Assembly (NCBI GenBank): GCA_029762535.1
Contig: JARVGK010000002.1
Location: forward strand, 32,001-96,000
Direction: 5' to 3'
Source: Thermoplasmatota archaeon
GTDB taxonomy: Archaea; Thermoplasmatota; Penumbrarchaeia; Penumbrarchaeales; Penumbrarchaeaceae
Length of the DNA: 64,000 nt
The notes below the pieces were generated by a model. That model was given only the letters and a program-made list of their open reading frames with translations. It searched no databases and was not told the origin of the DNA. This document shows positions 30,831 through 41,419 of this stretch, in pieces (the stretch's first letter is position 1; every line of letters begins with the position of its first letter). Made by a program: the position numbers and the translations under genes.

Positions 30831-31002
30831 ATGACGTATAAAACATCTCCATCAGAGCCTTCCGATCTCGGAGACGAAGTGTCCCGCATCCGGATTCTTC
30901 ACGACCGGGTAATCCTTCTTGTCCATCCACGCAGCTTCTGCCATGATATGGGAGAAAACATCTTGGTAATTCATTTTTTTCCGACCAACAGATTAAGATC
31001 GT

Positions 31003-31830
31003 TCATCGGTAGAATGCCTCGGAGAGCGTATGAAGAAGCTCCTTGCACCCTCCGTTCTTCACGAACTCTGAATGCTCCTCCACTGTTTGGAATTCCCGGT
31101 CGCAGATCTCACTGCAGAGGAACTTCCCCTTTGTGGCCTCATCGAAGGAGAACATGACGTTGGAGGCGTACTGATTGTTGTAAGGGGTCTTCTTGGGATT
31201 CTCCCTGGCCCATTGGATCGAGCGATACCAGATGGTGGCGCTGAGCGCTCCGCAGGCGTTCCCCGTCAGCCCGATCCCTCCGGCGAAACCTGCGACGGTC
31301 ATCTGCTCCTCGGGGGATCCCCCCATCATCCTCACTACCTCCGAGGCGCAGCTCATCGGAGGTTCCTTCAATTCTGGGATGGGCGCGGCCAGTCCCTCCT
31401 TCGCGGATCGGAGTGCGTCCTCGGTCCATTTGTCAGCGAGGGTGAAGCAAGACCTGGCCTTGAAGATGAGATACCTGGCCATCTGGAGTTTTTTGTGGAA
31501 ATCGGTGTCGGTGATGTCCCTGCAGTTCACGCTGCCGGCGTTCTTCTCGAATGCATCGGATACGTTCCTCGTCGCATTGATCGCCATCGCTGTGGCGACA
31601 CCTTGGTCCTTGAACCTTCTGAAGCATTCGTTCCCTACCGCAAGTGAGGTCCCGTAGAGGAGCCCGCACTGATGCCCCATCTGCATGATCCCTCCGACGA
31701 GTGGATCCGATGCACGCTCGAAATCGGTGTTGTGATGTCCGAACTCCCTGTTCAGGATGTAATAGAAGGTATGTGAGCACATCCCCTTCTTCCTGAAAAG
31801 CTTCTTCGTGTCCTGTTTGACCGCCGACAT
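31003..31830 (-). CDS. C_GCAxxG_C_C family protein (duplicated domain)
   Basis: GG...CG...G...C pattern twice (QCGLLYG...NCRDI; ACGALS...LCSEI). Confidence 0.75.
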   Translation of the reverse strand: MSAVKQDTKKLFRKKGMCSHTFYYILNREFGHHNTDFERASDPLVGGIMQMGHQCGLLYGTSLAVGNECFRRFKDQGVATAMAINATRNVSDAFEKNAGSVNCRDITDTDFHKKLQMARYLIFKARSCFTLADKWTEDALRSAKEGLAAPIPELKEPPMSCASEVVRMMGGSPEEQMTVAGFAGGIGLTGNACGALSATIWYRSIQWARENPKKTPYNNQYASNVMFSFDEATKGKFLCSEICDREFQTVEEHSEFVKNGGCKELLHTLSEAFYR

Positions 31831-31838
31831 GTTTTACC

Positions 31839-32717
31839 TCATTTGACGAAGGTTACGACGATATTTCCACGTTTGTGACCCTGTTCCACATATCTGTGCG
31901 CTTCCGGGACCTGATCCAGAGTGTACTTTTTATCGATGACCGCTCTGAGCCTGCCCGCTTCCGCGAGATCCCTGATGAAAAGCAGGTCCTCCGTGATCTC
32001 CTTTGTAGGCGTCCTGATGGATCGGAAATGCCCCCCTTTCTTCAGATGCTTTTTAGGATCCTTCATCTTGCCCACTGCATCGAAGATCGCATCGTATTCC
32101 TTTGGGATCGCATCCTTGGTGTAGTCAAGGACATGGTCCGCACCCAGGGATCGGACCAGATCGATGTTATTAGTGGAACACACCCCGGTCACCTCAGCTC
32201 CGTAGTTCTTTGCGATCTGGACGGCGTAGGATCCAACCGATCCGGAGGCCCCGTAGACGAGGACCTTCTGCCCCTTTCGGATGTCCATCCTCTTGATATT
32301 GTAGAGGGCGGTCATCCCTCCCACGGGGATCGCAGCCGATTCCTCGAAGGAGAGGTTCTTGGGTTTGAGCATGACGACTCCCATCTTCCACCTCTCAGGG
32401 ATGCAGACGTACTCCGCGTTGGCACCGTATGTCAGTCCTGTGGTGGTCCCGAAGAGCTCATCTCCCTTCTTGAAGAGAGTGACCCTGGACCCGGTGCTCT
32501 CCACCGTTCCCGAGAACTCGATCCCGGGGACCTTCATCTTCTTGAAACCGAGGATCATTCCCATCGGAACGAGGACGATCGCGGGGATCTTTCTGAGGTT
32601 CACATCACCTCTGGTGACCGTCGCTGCCTCCACTCTGACGAGGAGTTCATCGTATTTCGGGACCGGTTTGGGGACATCCTCGAGACGGAGGGGCCCTCGG
32701 TTGACGATCGCTTTCAT
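31839..32717 (-). CDS. NAD(P)-dependent MDR oxidoreductase
   Basis: GASGSVG, GADHVLDY, GHKRGNIV. Confidence 0.85.
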   Translation of the reverse strand: MKAIVNRGPLRLEDVPKPVPKYDELLVRVEAATVTRGDVNLRKIPAIVLVPMGMILGFKKMKVPGIEFSGTVESTGSRVTLFKKGDELFGTTTGLTYGANAEYVCIPERWKMGVVMLKPKNLSFEESAAIPVGGMTALYNIKRMDIRKGQKVLVYGASGSVGSYAVQIAKNYGAEVTGVCSTNNIDLVRSLGADHVLDYTKDAIPKEYDAIFDAVGKMKDPKKHLKKGGHFRSIRTPTKEITEDLLFIRDLAEAGRLRAVIDKKYTLDQVPEAHRYVEQGHKRGNIVVTFVK

Positions 32718-32772
32718 CGGGAAACCATCATCATTCGCGGTTATTCAAATTTCTCTCCATATTTCACTTGTT

Positions 32773-33456
32773 TTACGGGTTCAGGTACGATGAGGCATTC
32801 ACCAGGCGCTTGACGTCCCTTAGGCCAATCTTTCCCTTGAAGAACCTCTGGTCCACATTGACCATTTCAAGGTCCTTACACAGTTGTTCCGGATTCGCTT
32901 CCGCTACCATCTTCGCGCTCTTGTACCCTGCCTCATAGAGCATCATCGCCGCCGTGGGATCGGTCCACTGGATCCTGGTGAGGTCGGAGAGGTGGGAGAG
33001 GGTCTCCTTCGTTTCGGGATCGATCCCGGGGAGATCTCCCTCCTGCAGGGTCTCATAGAGGTCCTGGGTGTTCTTGATCCCCTCCTTCTCCAATTTCCTG
33101 ATGACCTCCTCGTCCAGAATGGTGAAGGATCCGATGGGAAAAGGTTTGGGGAAGTAGCTCTCGATCTCCCTGCGGAGGAGGACCAGGTAATGTTCTTCGA
33201 TCCCGGTCTCCTTTGAGACCGCAGGGATCCTCTTCGCGTTCTTCAGGGCCTTCCTCAGATCGGAGAGGGTCCTGTATCCGTTCTCCTCCAGATTCGAGAA
33301 TTTCCCGTCGATCCCCTCCTTCAAGGAGGATCTGGAAGGGACTAAATCGGTATCATCGATCCTTTTTTTCAGGTCTCTAAGGGGGATCCGATCGTCGATG
33401 AAATACGACATGAGGGGGAGATCCATCGGGAATTCATTTCTTTTTCCATCAAACAT
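32773..33456 (-). CDS. DUF4332-like HhH protein
   Basis: SDLTRI...A.MLYEAG repeats. Confidence 0.55.
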   Translation of the reverse strand: MFDGKRNEFPMDLPLMSYFIDDRIPLRDLKKRIDDTDLVPSRSSLKEGIDGKFSNLEENGYRTLSDLRKALKNAKRIPAVSKETGIEEHYLVLLRREIESYFPKPFPIGSFTILDEEVIRKLEKEGIKNTQDLYETLQEGDLPGIDPETKETLSHLSDLTRIQWTDPTAAMMLYEAGYKSAKMVAEANPEQLCKDLEMVNVDQRFFKGKIGLRDVKRLVNASSYLNP

Positions 33457-33584
33457 TTTCTGACCTTCAACCTATTTATTCTATTATTAGTTCCTTATTT
33501 TAGGGACAGAAAATCAAATTATGTCTTTTATAAAGGGACATAATAACGATAAAAATAAATAATAGGAAGCTACTAACTCCTGGC

Positions 33585-34922
33585 ATGGAACGATCCCTGG
33601 CGATCGACTTGATAAAAGAGTTCGAAGAGGAGGGTGTTCCAACAATGATTTTACGGGAGATCCCGACAATATCTCCGAAACAAGGAAGGTCGCTAACCGT
33701 CATTGGTCCGAGGAGAGCAGGAAAAACATACTTCATGTATGAAATGATCAACAGAGGATCTATACCAATTTCCGATCTCGTTTTCTTGGACCTGGAGGAT
33801 GATCGGATCTATCCACCGACCACAAAGGACATCGATGATTTCCTTCGGATACATGATGAGTTATACAGTTCCAGGGTCAATATGACCAGATATGTGTTCC
33901 TGGACGAGATCCAAAACGTAGATGGATGGGAAAGGTTTGTTAGAAGGATCATTAAAGAGAAACGGAACAGGGTTTTTTTAACGGGCTCTTCTTCCAGAAT
34001 GCTGGCTAAGGAGATCGCCACAGCGATGAGAGGGAGGTCCCTCTCTAATCTCGTTCTTCCGTTCTCGTTCAGGGAGTGTCTGGGAGCATGGAAAATTCCG
34101 ATAAGCGAAGATCCCTCACCCAAGAGCCGGACTCAGATAGTAGGTAAAATGGATGAGTACCTCGAATGCGGCGGTTTTCCGGATGTTGTTCAAGAAGATG
34201 AACCCAGAACTCGTGTCCGTATATTGAAGGAATATGTCGAAACGATGTTATTGCGAGATGTGATCGAGAGGAACAAGGTGACAGAGCCCCAGGCTCTGAG
34301 GGTTATCATGAACGGGCTCATTTCATCCTTTTCAAAGGAGGTTCCCTTGAAGAAATACCATGGATTCTTGAAGAGCATCGGGATCGGGGTCTCCAAGAAC
34401 AAGGTATACGAGTACTCCGAGTATTTGATGGAGGCTATGATGTTTTTCAAACTAAAGAAGATCGGAGGGGGTTATAGGACCGTGGAGGGATCTTTTCCCA
34501 AGGTGTATCTGATCGATAACGGGATGGCAACCCAGTATGGTATGAATTACAGAGAGAACAGAGGAAGGTTTTTCGAGAATGCATTGGCTCTTGAGTTCTT
34601 GAGAATGACAGGCTTCGATACGAGGATAAAGTTGGATTACTGGAAGGATACCTACGGGAGGGAGGTTGACTTTGTTCTCAAGACCGAAGGCAAGGTCCGA
34701 TTATTGGTTCAATCCTGTGTAAACCTCTCCGACCCTCAAACCGGAAAAAGAGAATTGGACTCTATTGTAAGAGCTTCCGAGCAGCTTCAATGTGATAACA
34801 TGTTGATCGTCACCCAGGATATGGATTCCAGTATCGAATGGAATGGGAAAACGGTCAGGGTGATCCCTTTATGGAGATATCTGATATCCGATCCTCAAGA
34901 TAGGATAAAGAGTCTGTTCTGA
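33585..34922 (+). CDS. AAA_14 ATPase with DUF4143
   Basis: GPRRAGKT, FLDEIQ, TGSSS, GGFP, KVYLIDNG, EVDFV. Confidence 0.9.
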   Translation: MERSLAIDLIKEFEEEGVPTMILREIPTISPKQGRSLTVIGPRRAGKTYFMYEMINRGSIPISDLVFLDLEDDRIYPPTTKDIDDFLRIHDELYSSRVNMTRYVFLDEIQNVDGWERFVRRIIKEKRNRVFLTGSSSRMLAKEIATAMRGRSLSNLVLPFSFRECLGAWKIPISEDPSPKSRTQIVGKMDEYLECGGFPDVVQEDEPRTRVRILKEYVETMLLRDVIERNKVTEPQALRVIMNGLISSFSKEVPLKKYHGFLKSIGIGVSKNKVYEYSEYLMEAMMFFKLKKIGGGYRTVEGSFPKVYLIDNGMATQYGMNYRENRGRFFENALALEFLRMTGFDTRIKLDYWKDTYGREVDFVLKTEGKVRLLVQSCVNLSDPQTGKRELDSIVRASEQLQCDNMLIVTQDMDSSIEWNGKTVRVIPLWRYLISDPQDRIKSLF

Positions 34923-35056
34923 TAACGTTAGATTGTCCCTCTCTAGGTCCCGTCAGAGTGTGTCCGGATCGGCCGATGCTACCGACCTGTCATCCTCGTA
35001 ACCTTCTTCCAAGAACATCAGGGCCGCCATGGGTTTGGTCCACTGGATATTGTTAT

Positions 35057-36292
35057 TTATTTTGATATTCTCAACCTTACCTTCTCCAGAGGATACCAGG
35101 TTGCCTTCTCGGTGATGATCTCCTTGTATTCATGCCATAAATTCATAAACCCGTGGATCCGTTCCTCTGAAGGGAAATCGGAAGAACAATATCTGGGTGT
35201 CATCCAGTCCGGGACGATTCCTACATAATCGATCCCTTTGAGCATACGAAGGATCTCATGTGACTCGTGTAATTCAAAAGGAATACCATGCTTATTCAAT
35301 GCTAAGGCCATTTTCACAGTCTCAAGAACCCTGACCCTGCTCGATCCGACAAGGGTAAGGCGCCAGCCATCATTCTCCCTGTGAACGTAAAGAGAGATAT
35401 GTGTGGAGTTGCCGCCGCTACATATCTCAAAAGGATGTCCACCGCAATGGGATCCGTGATGATGCCATTCCAGGAACGCTTCTTCTGAGTCAAGATCGAT
35501 CTCGCCCAGGCCGCAGTCCCTCCCGTCGGCCATGACCCGATACATCTCTCTAGCGGTCATGTTGGGTCCGGTGACCCTTTCGTATCCATTGGCAAGATAA
35601 CAGATCCTGCATATGTCGTAGAAGGATCCCGCGGTCATCTTTTCAATGGTTTTGATCGGTTCTGAGATGATCCCCTCGAGTTTCTCGATGTCTTTATCGG
35701 AGAGATCCCCTCGGACCTGGTCCCGCTCTTTGGGGAACACCTCCCACAGATCGCTCCTCAGGACCTTGCCGAATCTCTTTTCATGGGGAAGTTTCTCCTC
35801 GACGTATTTGTTGTAACCCTCTTCATCAGAAACCAGTTTGTCCATGGTCTCTTCGGCTTTGGAACGGATCCAGAGAAGAAGTTCTCTCGGGATCTTTCCA
35901 ATCTTATTCTCATCGACGGGGATCCCCGTCTGGAAATAGGTATCAGGACCAATTGTGAAGTAGTAATTCTCCTGATATTTCGATTGGTTGAACCTGTACC
36001 ACTTGGTTGGGTTCGGATAGTATCCTTGCCATAGTTCTATGAAATCATCGTGGTCATCCACCTCCCCATCCTCCAAGTATTCATTATAATCACCGAAGTC
36101 AGCGATGTCCCCTCTTGGAGCCTCGAACCATACCTTTCTGGTCTCATCGTCATCCTGGACCTCTATCCTCTCCATTGTTTCGATGATTGGTCTGATCAGT
36201 TCTAAGATATTCTTATCCACGATGCCGATCCCTTTTTCGGTGGATTCTATCAACCTGTCGATTCTGGGGGCGGACAATTCGATTCGTTTCAT
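35057..36292 (-). CDS. Conserved hypothetical protein
   Basis: 411-aa ORF; ADGRD.GL and GGHPFEI..GGNSTHISL motifs. Confidence 0.6.
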   Translation of the reverse strand: MKRIELSAPRIDRLIESTEKGIGIVDKNILELIRPIIETMERIEVQDDDETRKVWFEAPRGDIADFGDYNEYLEDGEVDDHDDFIELWQGYYPNPTKWYRFNQSKYQENYYFTIGPDTYFQTGIPVDENKIGKIPRELLLWIRSKAEETMDKLVSDEEGYNKYVEEKLPHEKRFGKVLRSDLWEVFPKERDQVRGDLSDKDIEKLEGIISEPIKTIEKMTAGSFYDICRICYLANGYERVTGPNMTAREMYRVMADGRDCGLGEIDLDSEEAFLEWHHHGSHCGGHPFEICSGGNSTHISLYVHRENDGWRLTLVGSSRVRVLETVKMALALNKHGIPFELHESHEILRMLKGIDYVGIVPDWMTPRYCSSDFPSEERIHGFMNLWHEYKEIITEKATWYPLEKVRLRISK

Positions 36293-36400
36293 TCATCATC
36301 GGATGTATTAACCTATTTATTCATATTTCGAATTAAATTCAGTTTTTTTTAAGAGTAGTTTGTAAAAAAAAACTCAGAGAAAGTGGATTTTTAACGGTTA

Positions 36401-36541
36401 CTATTTTCTTATCTTCCGATGCCCTATGATCGATCCGATCACGATCCCTATCCCAGCACCCATTCCTGTAAAAAGGGGGGCCATGATGAAGTTGGTGAGG
36501 ATCAACCCTAGACTGAAGCCCAAGGCAAGTCCAAGGATCAT
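36401..36541 (-). CDS. Small Gly-rich membrane peptide (46 aa)
   Basis: Manual translation MILGLALGFSLGLIL...GAGIGIVIGSIIGHRKIRK. Confidence 0.3.
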   Translation of the reverse strand: MILGLALGFSLGLILTNFIMAPLFTGMGAGIGIVIGSIIGHRKIRK

Positions 36542-36608
36542 GCAGATCCCAACCCACTTGGATTACTCGTTCCTCCGGCGCCGGTTCACGGAAGTATCAT
36601 GGTCTGTA

Positions 36609-37442
36609 TCATATTTTTTCGTTGAGGCTGAGTTTGTAAAAGGGCATGCGCCTTATCTCCTCGAAGCCGAGCTTCAGGGCCAGATTGTAGGATCCGGTGT
36701 TCTCCAGTCTGCACGACCAGACCGGGGTCAGGTCATTGTCCAGACAATGTTCTATGAACCTGATGGAGACGAGCTCTGCAAAGCCCCGGTTCCGGTATCG
36801 TGCATCTGTCTCTATCCCGATCTCGATGAGATCGCCGTGCACCCAGGCCGTGTACGACCAGGCGACGATGTCCTCGTCTTTGATTATGCAGAACCCGATC
36901 CCCCTTCTGAGGAAGTCCCCGGAGTTGTCCCAGAAGGACTTTGGAATGACCGTCCCCTCGATGGAGTCGAAGAGGTCCGATCCGATGTCCACGATCCTGA
37001 AACCTGCCGGGAGCGGTCTCTTTTTGTTCCGGATGTACTCTCGGAACCGATCCTCGTGGAAGCTGAAGTTCACCCTGTGGTGTAGTTCGATGTTCCTTCT
37101 ATCGTATGGTTCCTGGGGCGGGACCAGGCGGGATCCGAGTAGGGTCTTGATCCTGTTATTCCAGTGATCCGGGTGGACCTGCATCCACTCGTAGGAGCTG
37201 TGGGTGGTCCTTTTTCCAAACATGTACTCAATGAGATGCTGTTCAAACTCCTCGTTGGGATCCCCCACGAGGAGGGAGAGCCCGTAGGGATGGAGGATGT
37301 AGAATGTTGTCGGTCTCTCGATGGAGTTGGTGTAGACCTTCCCGGTGAGATGACCTACGAGGACAGCTTTCGCGAAGTAGGTGTCGAAGGGGACCTGGTC
37401 CAGGTCCACTTCGTGGTATTTATCCGGAGGGAGGACGATCAT
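36609..37442 (-). CDS. GNAT acetyltransferase
   Basis: EIGIETDARYRNRGFA, WSC..EN.GS..LALKLGF. Confidence 0.85.
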   Translation of the reverse strand: MIVLPPDKYHEVDLDQVPFDTYFAKAVLVGHLTGKVYTNSIERPTTFYILHPYGLSLLVGDPNEEFEQHLIEYMFGKRTTHSSYEWMQVHPDHWNNRIKTLLGSRLVPPQEPYDRRNIELHHRVNFSFHEDRFREYIRNKKRPLPAGFRIVDIGSDLFDSIEGTVIPKSFWDNSGDFLRRGIGFCIIKDEDIVAWSYTAWVHGDLIEIGIETDARYRNRGFAELVSIRFIEHCLDNDLTPVWSCRLENTGSYNLALKLGFEEIRRMPFYKLSLNEKI

Positions 37443-37500
37443 CGATCGTCCAGGATATCATCCAAGGAGATAATCCCAGCGGAGGCAATGTGAAGGAAGA

Positions 37501-37527
37501 GGCCGGGATCGACTCCGCCTCCCGGCC
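37501..37527 (-). terminator. GC-rich hairpin after the flavodoxin gene
   Basis: GGCCGGGA-N11-TCCCGGCC followed by pyrimidines on the minus strand. Confidence 0.3.
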
Positions 37528-37528
37528 G

Positions 37529-38017
37529 TCATCCAACCAGTGAGAAGGCGAACTTCTCAGCGTTGGCGAGGTCTTCCTGGTCCGGATGTCCTCGGTTTAA
37601 GCCTCCGAACGCCTTGAGGAAGGAGTTGGTGTTCCACCCGCGGCAACCGAACTCCCCGGCGATGACGAACCCTTTCGATTCCAGGATGGTCCTCAGTTTC
37701 GAATGGTTGCTTTTTATGAACTCATCGTTCATTGCGATCGTGGGGGCACCTGTTGTTGTGAATAGGAAGGCTCTCTTGTTCTGGACTTGAGGGATCCTCT
37801 TGGCCAGTTCTATTATCGAGGGATCGTGCTGGGCGGAATAGACCCCCGATCCGAACCCGACGAGATCGTATTCCTTTAAAGATGAGGGATCGATCTCCGA
37901 GGGTTTCACGATCTCAGCTTTCAGGACCTTCGCCATCGCTTGGGCGATCTTCTCCGTATTCCTGTGATGGTATGATACCAGGACGATCAATGACCGCGCG
38001 TTCCTTGATTGGACCAT
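37529..38017 (-). CDS. Flavodoxin family
   Basis: SYHHRNTEKIA, GFGSGVY, GHPD. Confidence 0.85.
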   Translation of the reverse strand: MVQSRNARSLIVLVSYHHRNTEKIAQAMAKVLKAEIVKPSEIDPSSLKEYDLVGFGSGVYSAQHDPSIIELAKRIPQVQNKRAFLFTTTGAPTIAMNDEFIKSNHSKLRTILESKGFVIAGEFGCRGWNTNSFLKAFGGLNRGHPDQEDLANAEKFAFSLVG

Positions 38018-38035
38018 TATATCACCATCCAGATG

Positions 38036-38656
38036 CTATGCCTTTAGTAAAATGACGAAGAACGAGGATGACACCCCGACCTTTTGGCGGCATCTGTCGA
38101 TCTCCAAACGGTCCTTTTCCATCTCTTCGATCAGTTCGGGGTCCGACGGTCGCATCTCCATAATATCGATCAACAGTCTCTCTATCTTCAAGAAATAACT
38201 CTCATACCAGATATCTTCCGAAAGTTCGATGAGCCCCAGTATCAAATAACCCGCATCGATGGCGGACGCGATCTTTGCACCTCTGTCTCGATCCTCATCA
38301 TGCACGACGAGAACGCCGCCCTTTCTTAGGAATCGTCCCCATTCCCGGATGCTCCTTTGGAATCCCATCACGAAAACGGTCCCTTCCGACCAGATGATGT
38401 CATAGGACCCTTCCGGGAATACCATATCATCGATGGATCCCTGAATTATGGTTATCCTGTGAACCAGGCCAGCTTCCGCCACCTTTCTTCGAAGGAGTTC
38501 GAGTGCTCTTCCGTCCAGGTCGATCGAGTCTATGGTACCGTCGCAAAGACGGGCCAACTCCATCGTGGGGACCCCGGACCCGCAACCCACGTCCAGTATT
38601 CTAGGGGAATCCATGTGGGGTACATACGAGAACGCCCTCCTCGTGTATTCGCTCAA
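38036..38656 (-). CDS. Class I SAM methyltransferase
   Basis: ILDVGCGSG, YDIIWSEG, LRKGG. Confidence 0.85.
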   Translation of the reverse strand: MSEYTRRAFSYVPHMDSPRILDVGCGSGVPTMELARLCDGTIDSIDLDGRALELLRRKVAEAGLVHRITIIQGSIDDMVFPEGSYDIIWSEGTVFVMGFQRSIREWGRFLRKGGVLVVHDEDRDRGAKIASAIDAGYLILGLIELSEDIWYESYFLKIERLLIDIMEMRPSDPELIEEMEKDRLEIDRCRQKVGVSSSFFVILLKA

Positions 38657-38764
38657 TCCTTCGCGTATTCTTTCCTTGAGTTCAAGGTAATCGTCACATC
38701 CGATCCCTCGAACAGGATCGGTTTCCGGTTTGAGTCCTTCGTTGATAGGATCACATCCAATTGT

Positions 38765-39694
38765 TCATACCATCCTGATCGCCACGTTGCCTCGCTTATG
38801 CCCCTGATCGACGTAACGATGGGCCTCCACTATTTGTTCCAGGGTATAGGTCCGGTCTATGAACGGCCGGATCCCTCCGGAGGAGACGATCCCTGCCAAC
38901 TCGGTTAGGAGCGATCCGATGTTGTACTTCTTGATCTTGTTGGAGGAGGTGTCGGAGTTGAGGTGGATGCCTCCTTCCTTCAGGGCTTTTTTTGCCATGT
39001 TCTTTGGTATCTTACCCACCGCATCGAAGACCACGTCGTATCGCTTGGGGTTCGTGGTGAAGTCCTCCTTCTGGTAGTCGATAACATGGTCCGCTCCCAG
39101 GGATCGGACCATCTCCATGTTCTTTCCGGAGCAGACCGCGGTGACTATCGCTCCCTCGGCCTTTGCCAGCTGGATCGAGATGGATCCGAGACTGCCCGAT
39201 GCCCCGTAGATGAGGATCTCCTGGCCTTTCTTTAGATAGGCCTGTTTGAGGATCCCCAGGGCTGTGACCCCTCCCGAAGGGATGACCGCGGCCTCTTCGA
39301 ATGAGAGCTTTTTTGGTTTCTTTGTCACAGGACCGTTCTGGGGCATGGTCTTGTACTCGGCGTATCCTCCGAAACCGTTGAAGACGGTTGTTGCCATGAC
39401 CTCGTCCCCGGCCTGGAACCTGGTCACTTTTTCTCCTGTGGATTCGACGATCCCGGAGAGTTCCATCCCAAGGACCTTCTTTCTGGGTCTGGTTGATCCA
39501 AGGTATAGCCTCGCCAGGACCTTTGTGATCCAGGGGCCTGGAATATCCAGACCCCGCATCCGGGAATCTCCCCTGTGGACGGATGTGGCTTTTACCTTGA
39601 TGAGGATCTCATCGTCCTTTGGCAATGGTTTTGGCATCCGCTCCATCCGGAGGACCTCAGGAGGGCCGTAGGATGAACATACTATCGCTTTCAT
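38765..39694 (-). CDS. NAD(P)-dependent MDR oxidoreductase (paralog of 31839-32717)
   Basis: YGPPEVL, GASGSLG, GHKRGNV. Confidence 0.85.
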   Translation of the reverse strand: MKAIVCSSYGPPEVLRMERMPKPLPKDDEILIKVKATSVHRGDSRMRGLDIPGPWITKVLARLYLGSTRPRKKVLGMELSGIVESTGEKVTRFQAGDEVMATTVFNGFGGYAEYKTMPQNGPVTKKPKKLSFEEAAVIPSGGVTALGILKQAYLKKGQEILIYGASGSLGSISIQLAKAEGAIVTAVCSGKNMEMVRSLGADHVIDYQKEDFTTNPKRYDVVFDAVGKIPKNMAKKALKEGGIHLNSDTSSNKIKKYNIGSLLTELAGIVSSGGIRPFIDRTYTLEQIVEAHRYVDQGHKRGNVAIRMV

Positions 39695-39945
39695 CCTTTC
39701 TCACCATCGTCCAAGAAACAATCGTCACATTCCCAATATTCTCCCTCATGATAGCTTCCTGTCCATTCAACAACAGGGACATTATCGAGTACCTTGGAAT
39801 TACCTATCCGAACATATTCTCCCTTGCCGCAAGGGGCACGTATACGTCCGAAAAAGTGACCTCCGGAGTATTCGCCATTTTCCTTGATATGAACGATGAT
39901 CTCCTTTCCGCATATCGAGCAATTCTTATTTATCGATCTTTCCAT
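39691..39945 (-). CDS. Small Zn-ribbon protein
   Basis: CSICG...EYWECDDC. Confidence 0.5.
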   Translation of the reverse strand: MERSINKNCSICGKEIIVHIKENGEYSGGHFFGRIRAPCGKGEYVRIGNSKVLDNVPVVEWTGSYHEGEYWECDDCFLDDGEKG

Positions 39946-40176
39946 GGTCAGCCCCCAGAAAGGTGCTATTCCGATGTGATAATGGATGGAACGACCATTC
40001 ATTCTACACCTATATATGCTGGTCGATCAGGATCCGATCGGGAGCGGTCAGTGTGATGATCGGAGATAGAATAATTGGGGATCGGTCCGATCGTTCTGAT
40101 CCAGCACTGGTCCGGGGGCATACCGGGATAGTTATTGTTCTTTGGTTACTTCACGCTCATTTTTCCCTGGAAAGGT

Positions 40177-40557
40177 TCAATTCAAAGCAACAATAAGGCT
40201 CGCAATAAGAGAAAGAGCGGTGACCGGAGCCCATATCCTCTCGATCCTGCTGGGGGTTATCGTGTTCATGATGGTTCCCACCACTGTGAAGAGGACCACG
40301 GCCCAGATGGCATATCTAGAGAATGTGTAGAGGGAGGGCAGGACAAGTTCCGCCCGGGCAAGAACGATGACGATCAGGGCTGCCAGTATAAACATATTGG
40401 ATACTGCCACGATCCTCATCTTCGGAGGATACTTCCCGGGGTATTTTCCTCCCATGGAGGCAGATCCCCATGGGGCGCCCAGAACTAGTGCTCCCTGAAA
40501 AAGGATCACGATCCCGATAAGGAAGGTGAAGATTATTGCGGATATCGTTGCGATCAT
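40177..40557 (-). CDS. Membrane protein
   Basis: Four hydrophobic segments, LGAPWG..SMGG, ERIWAP. Confidence 0.65.
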   Translation of the reverse strand: MIATISAIIFTFLIGIVILFQGALVLGAPWGSASMGGKYPGKYPPKMRIVAVSNMFILAALIVIVLARAELVLPSLYTFSRYAIWAVVLFTVVGTIMNTITPSRIERIWAPVTALSLIASLIVALN

Positions 40558-40566
40558 GATCTTACC

Positions 40567-41019
40567 CTATCCGAAGGATCTCCCTTTGGTCTCTATAAGG
40601 TTCTTGAACGTTTCCAGTTCGGATCGGGATTGTTTGATCATCTTTCTCTTCATCAAAGGGAGGAGCAGGTTCAAAGGGAACCTTGTTCCCTTCCCTGACC
40701 AGGTCAATGTCATCGAGGTTTTTTTTCCCAAGGGTTTCAGAATCGTCTCAACTTGAGCAATAATGACATCACCCTTAACTCGGGATAAATATCTCTTACC
40801 TGGTTCGCATTCGATAAGTCGATCCTCCATGACATATGGTCTCCCCTTCTGCGTGTAGTGGAGAAGGCCCACGGAACCGACCTCCCCAGGTTTACCGTTT
40901 ATTACTTCGAACCTTTCCAGATCCCTCTGCCAGTAAGGGAAATTGGTTGGATCCATCAGGGCTTCGACAACGATCCCTGCGGGTTTGTTTATAGTGGTAT
41001 TTACGGTGAATTTTAACAT
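40567..41019 (-). CDS. SRPBCC family
   Basis: INKP..V...DP.NFP.W, C-terminal LETFK.LIE helix. Confidence 0.7.
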   Translation of the reverse strand: MLKFTVNTTINKPAGIVVEALMDPTNFPYWQRDLERFEVINGKPGEVGSVGLLHYTQKGRPYVMEDRLIECEPGKRYLSRVKGDVIIAQVETILKPLGKKTSMTLTWSGKGTRFPLNLLLPLMKRKMIKQSRSELETFKNLIETKGRSFG

Positions 41020-41218
41020 ATCGTTCCCCTCTTGAAAGGTTTCAAGGTAAAACAGGTGTTATCGGCGGTATTTTCGATATGGTCGATCCATATCAATGCC
41101 AACATATAGGTGTTTCGATCGAAAAAGAGGATGGTTGAGTACAGGAGGGGGGCCCGCCTCCAGCGCGGCAACCACTCCGGTTCTTTGAATTCCTCTGAAA
41201 TTCCCTTCCACCACTTTA

Positions 41219-41401
41219 TCATTTCAAAGCGTTCACGAGTTTGCTGTATTGGCCTTTTGTCAAAAAGATCCTGACCTGGCCAGGTACCGCGTCTTTCGAG
41301 AGGTTCGCCCGAAAGTCGCGATCCCATCTCAGGACCTTTTTCGTCCTGGCATCGATGTCGATGTAGTATCTGATCTCTTTATCGTCTTCCATGAATTTCA
41401 C
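41219..41401 (-). CDS. Small hypothetical protein
   Basis: 60-aa ORF co-oriented with neighbours. Confidence 0.45.
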   Translation of the reverse strand: MKFMEDDKEIRYYIDIDARTKKVLRWDRDFRANLSKDAVPGQVRIFLTKGQYSKLVNALK

Positions 41402-41419
41402 CGGTCAATGAGCAATTAA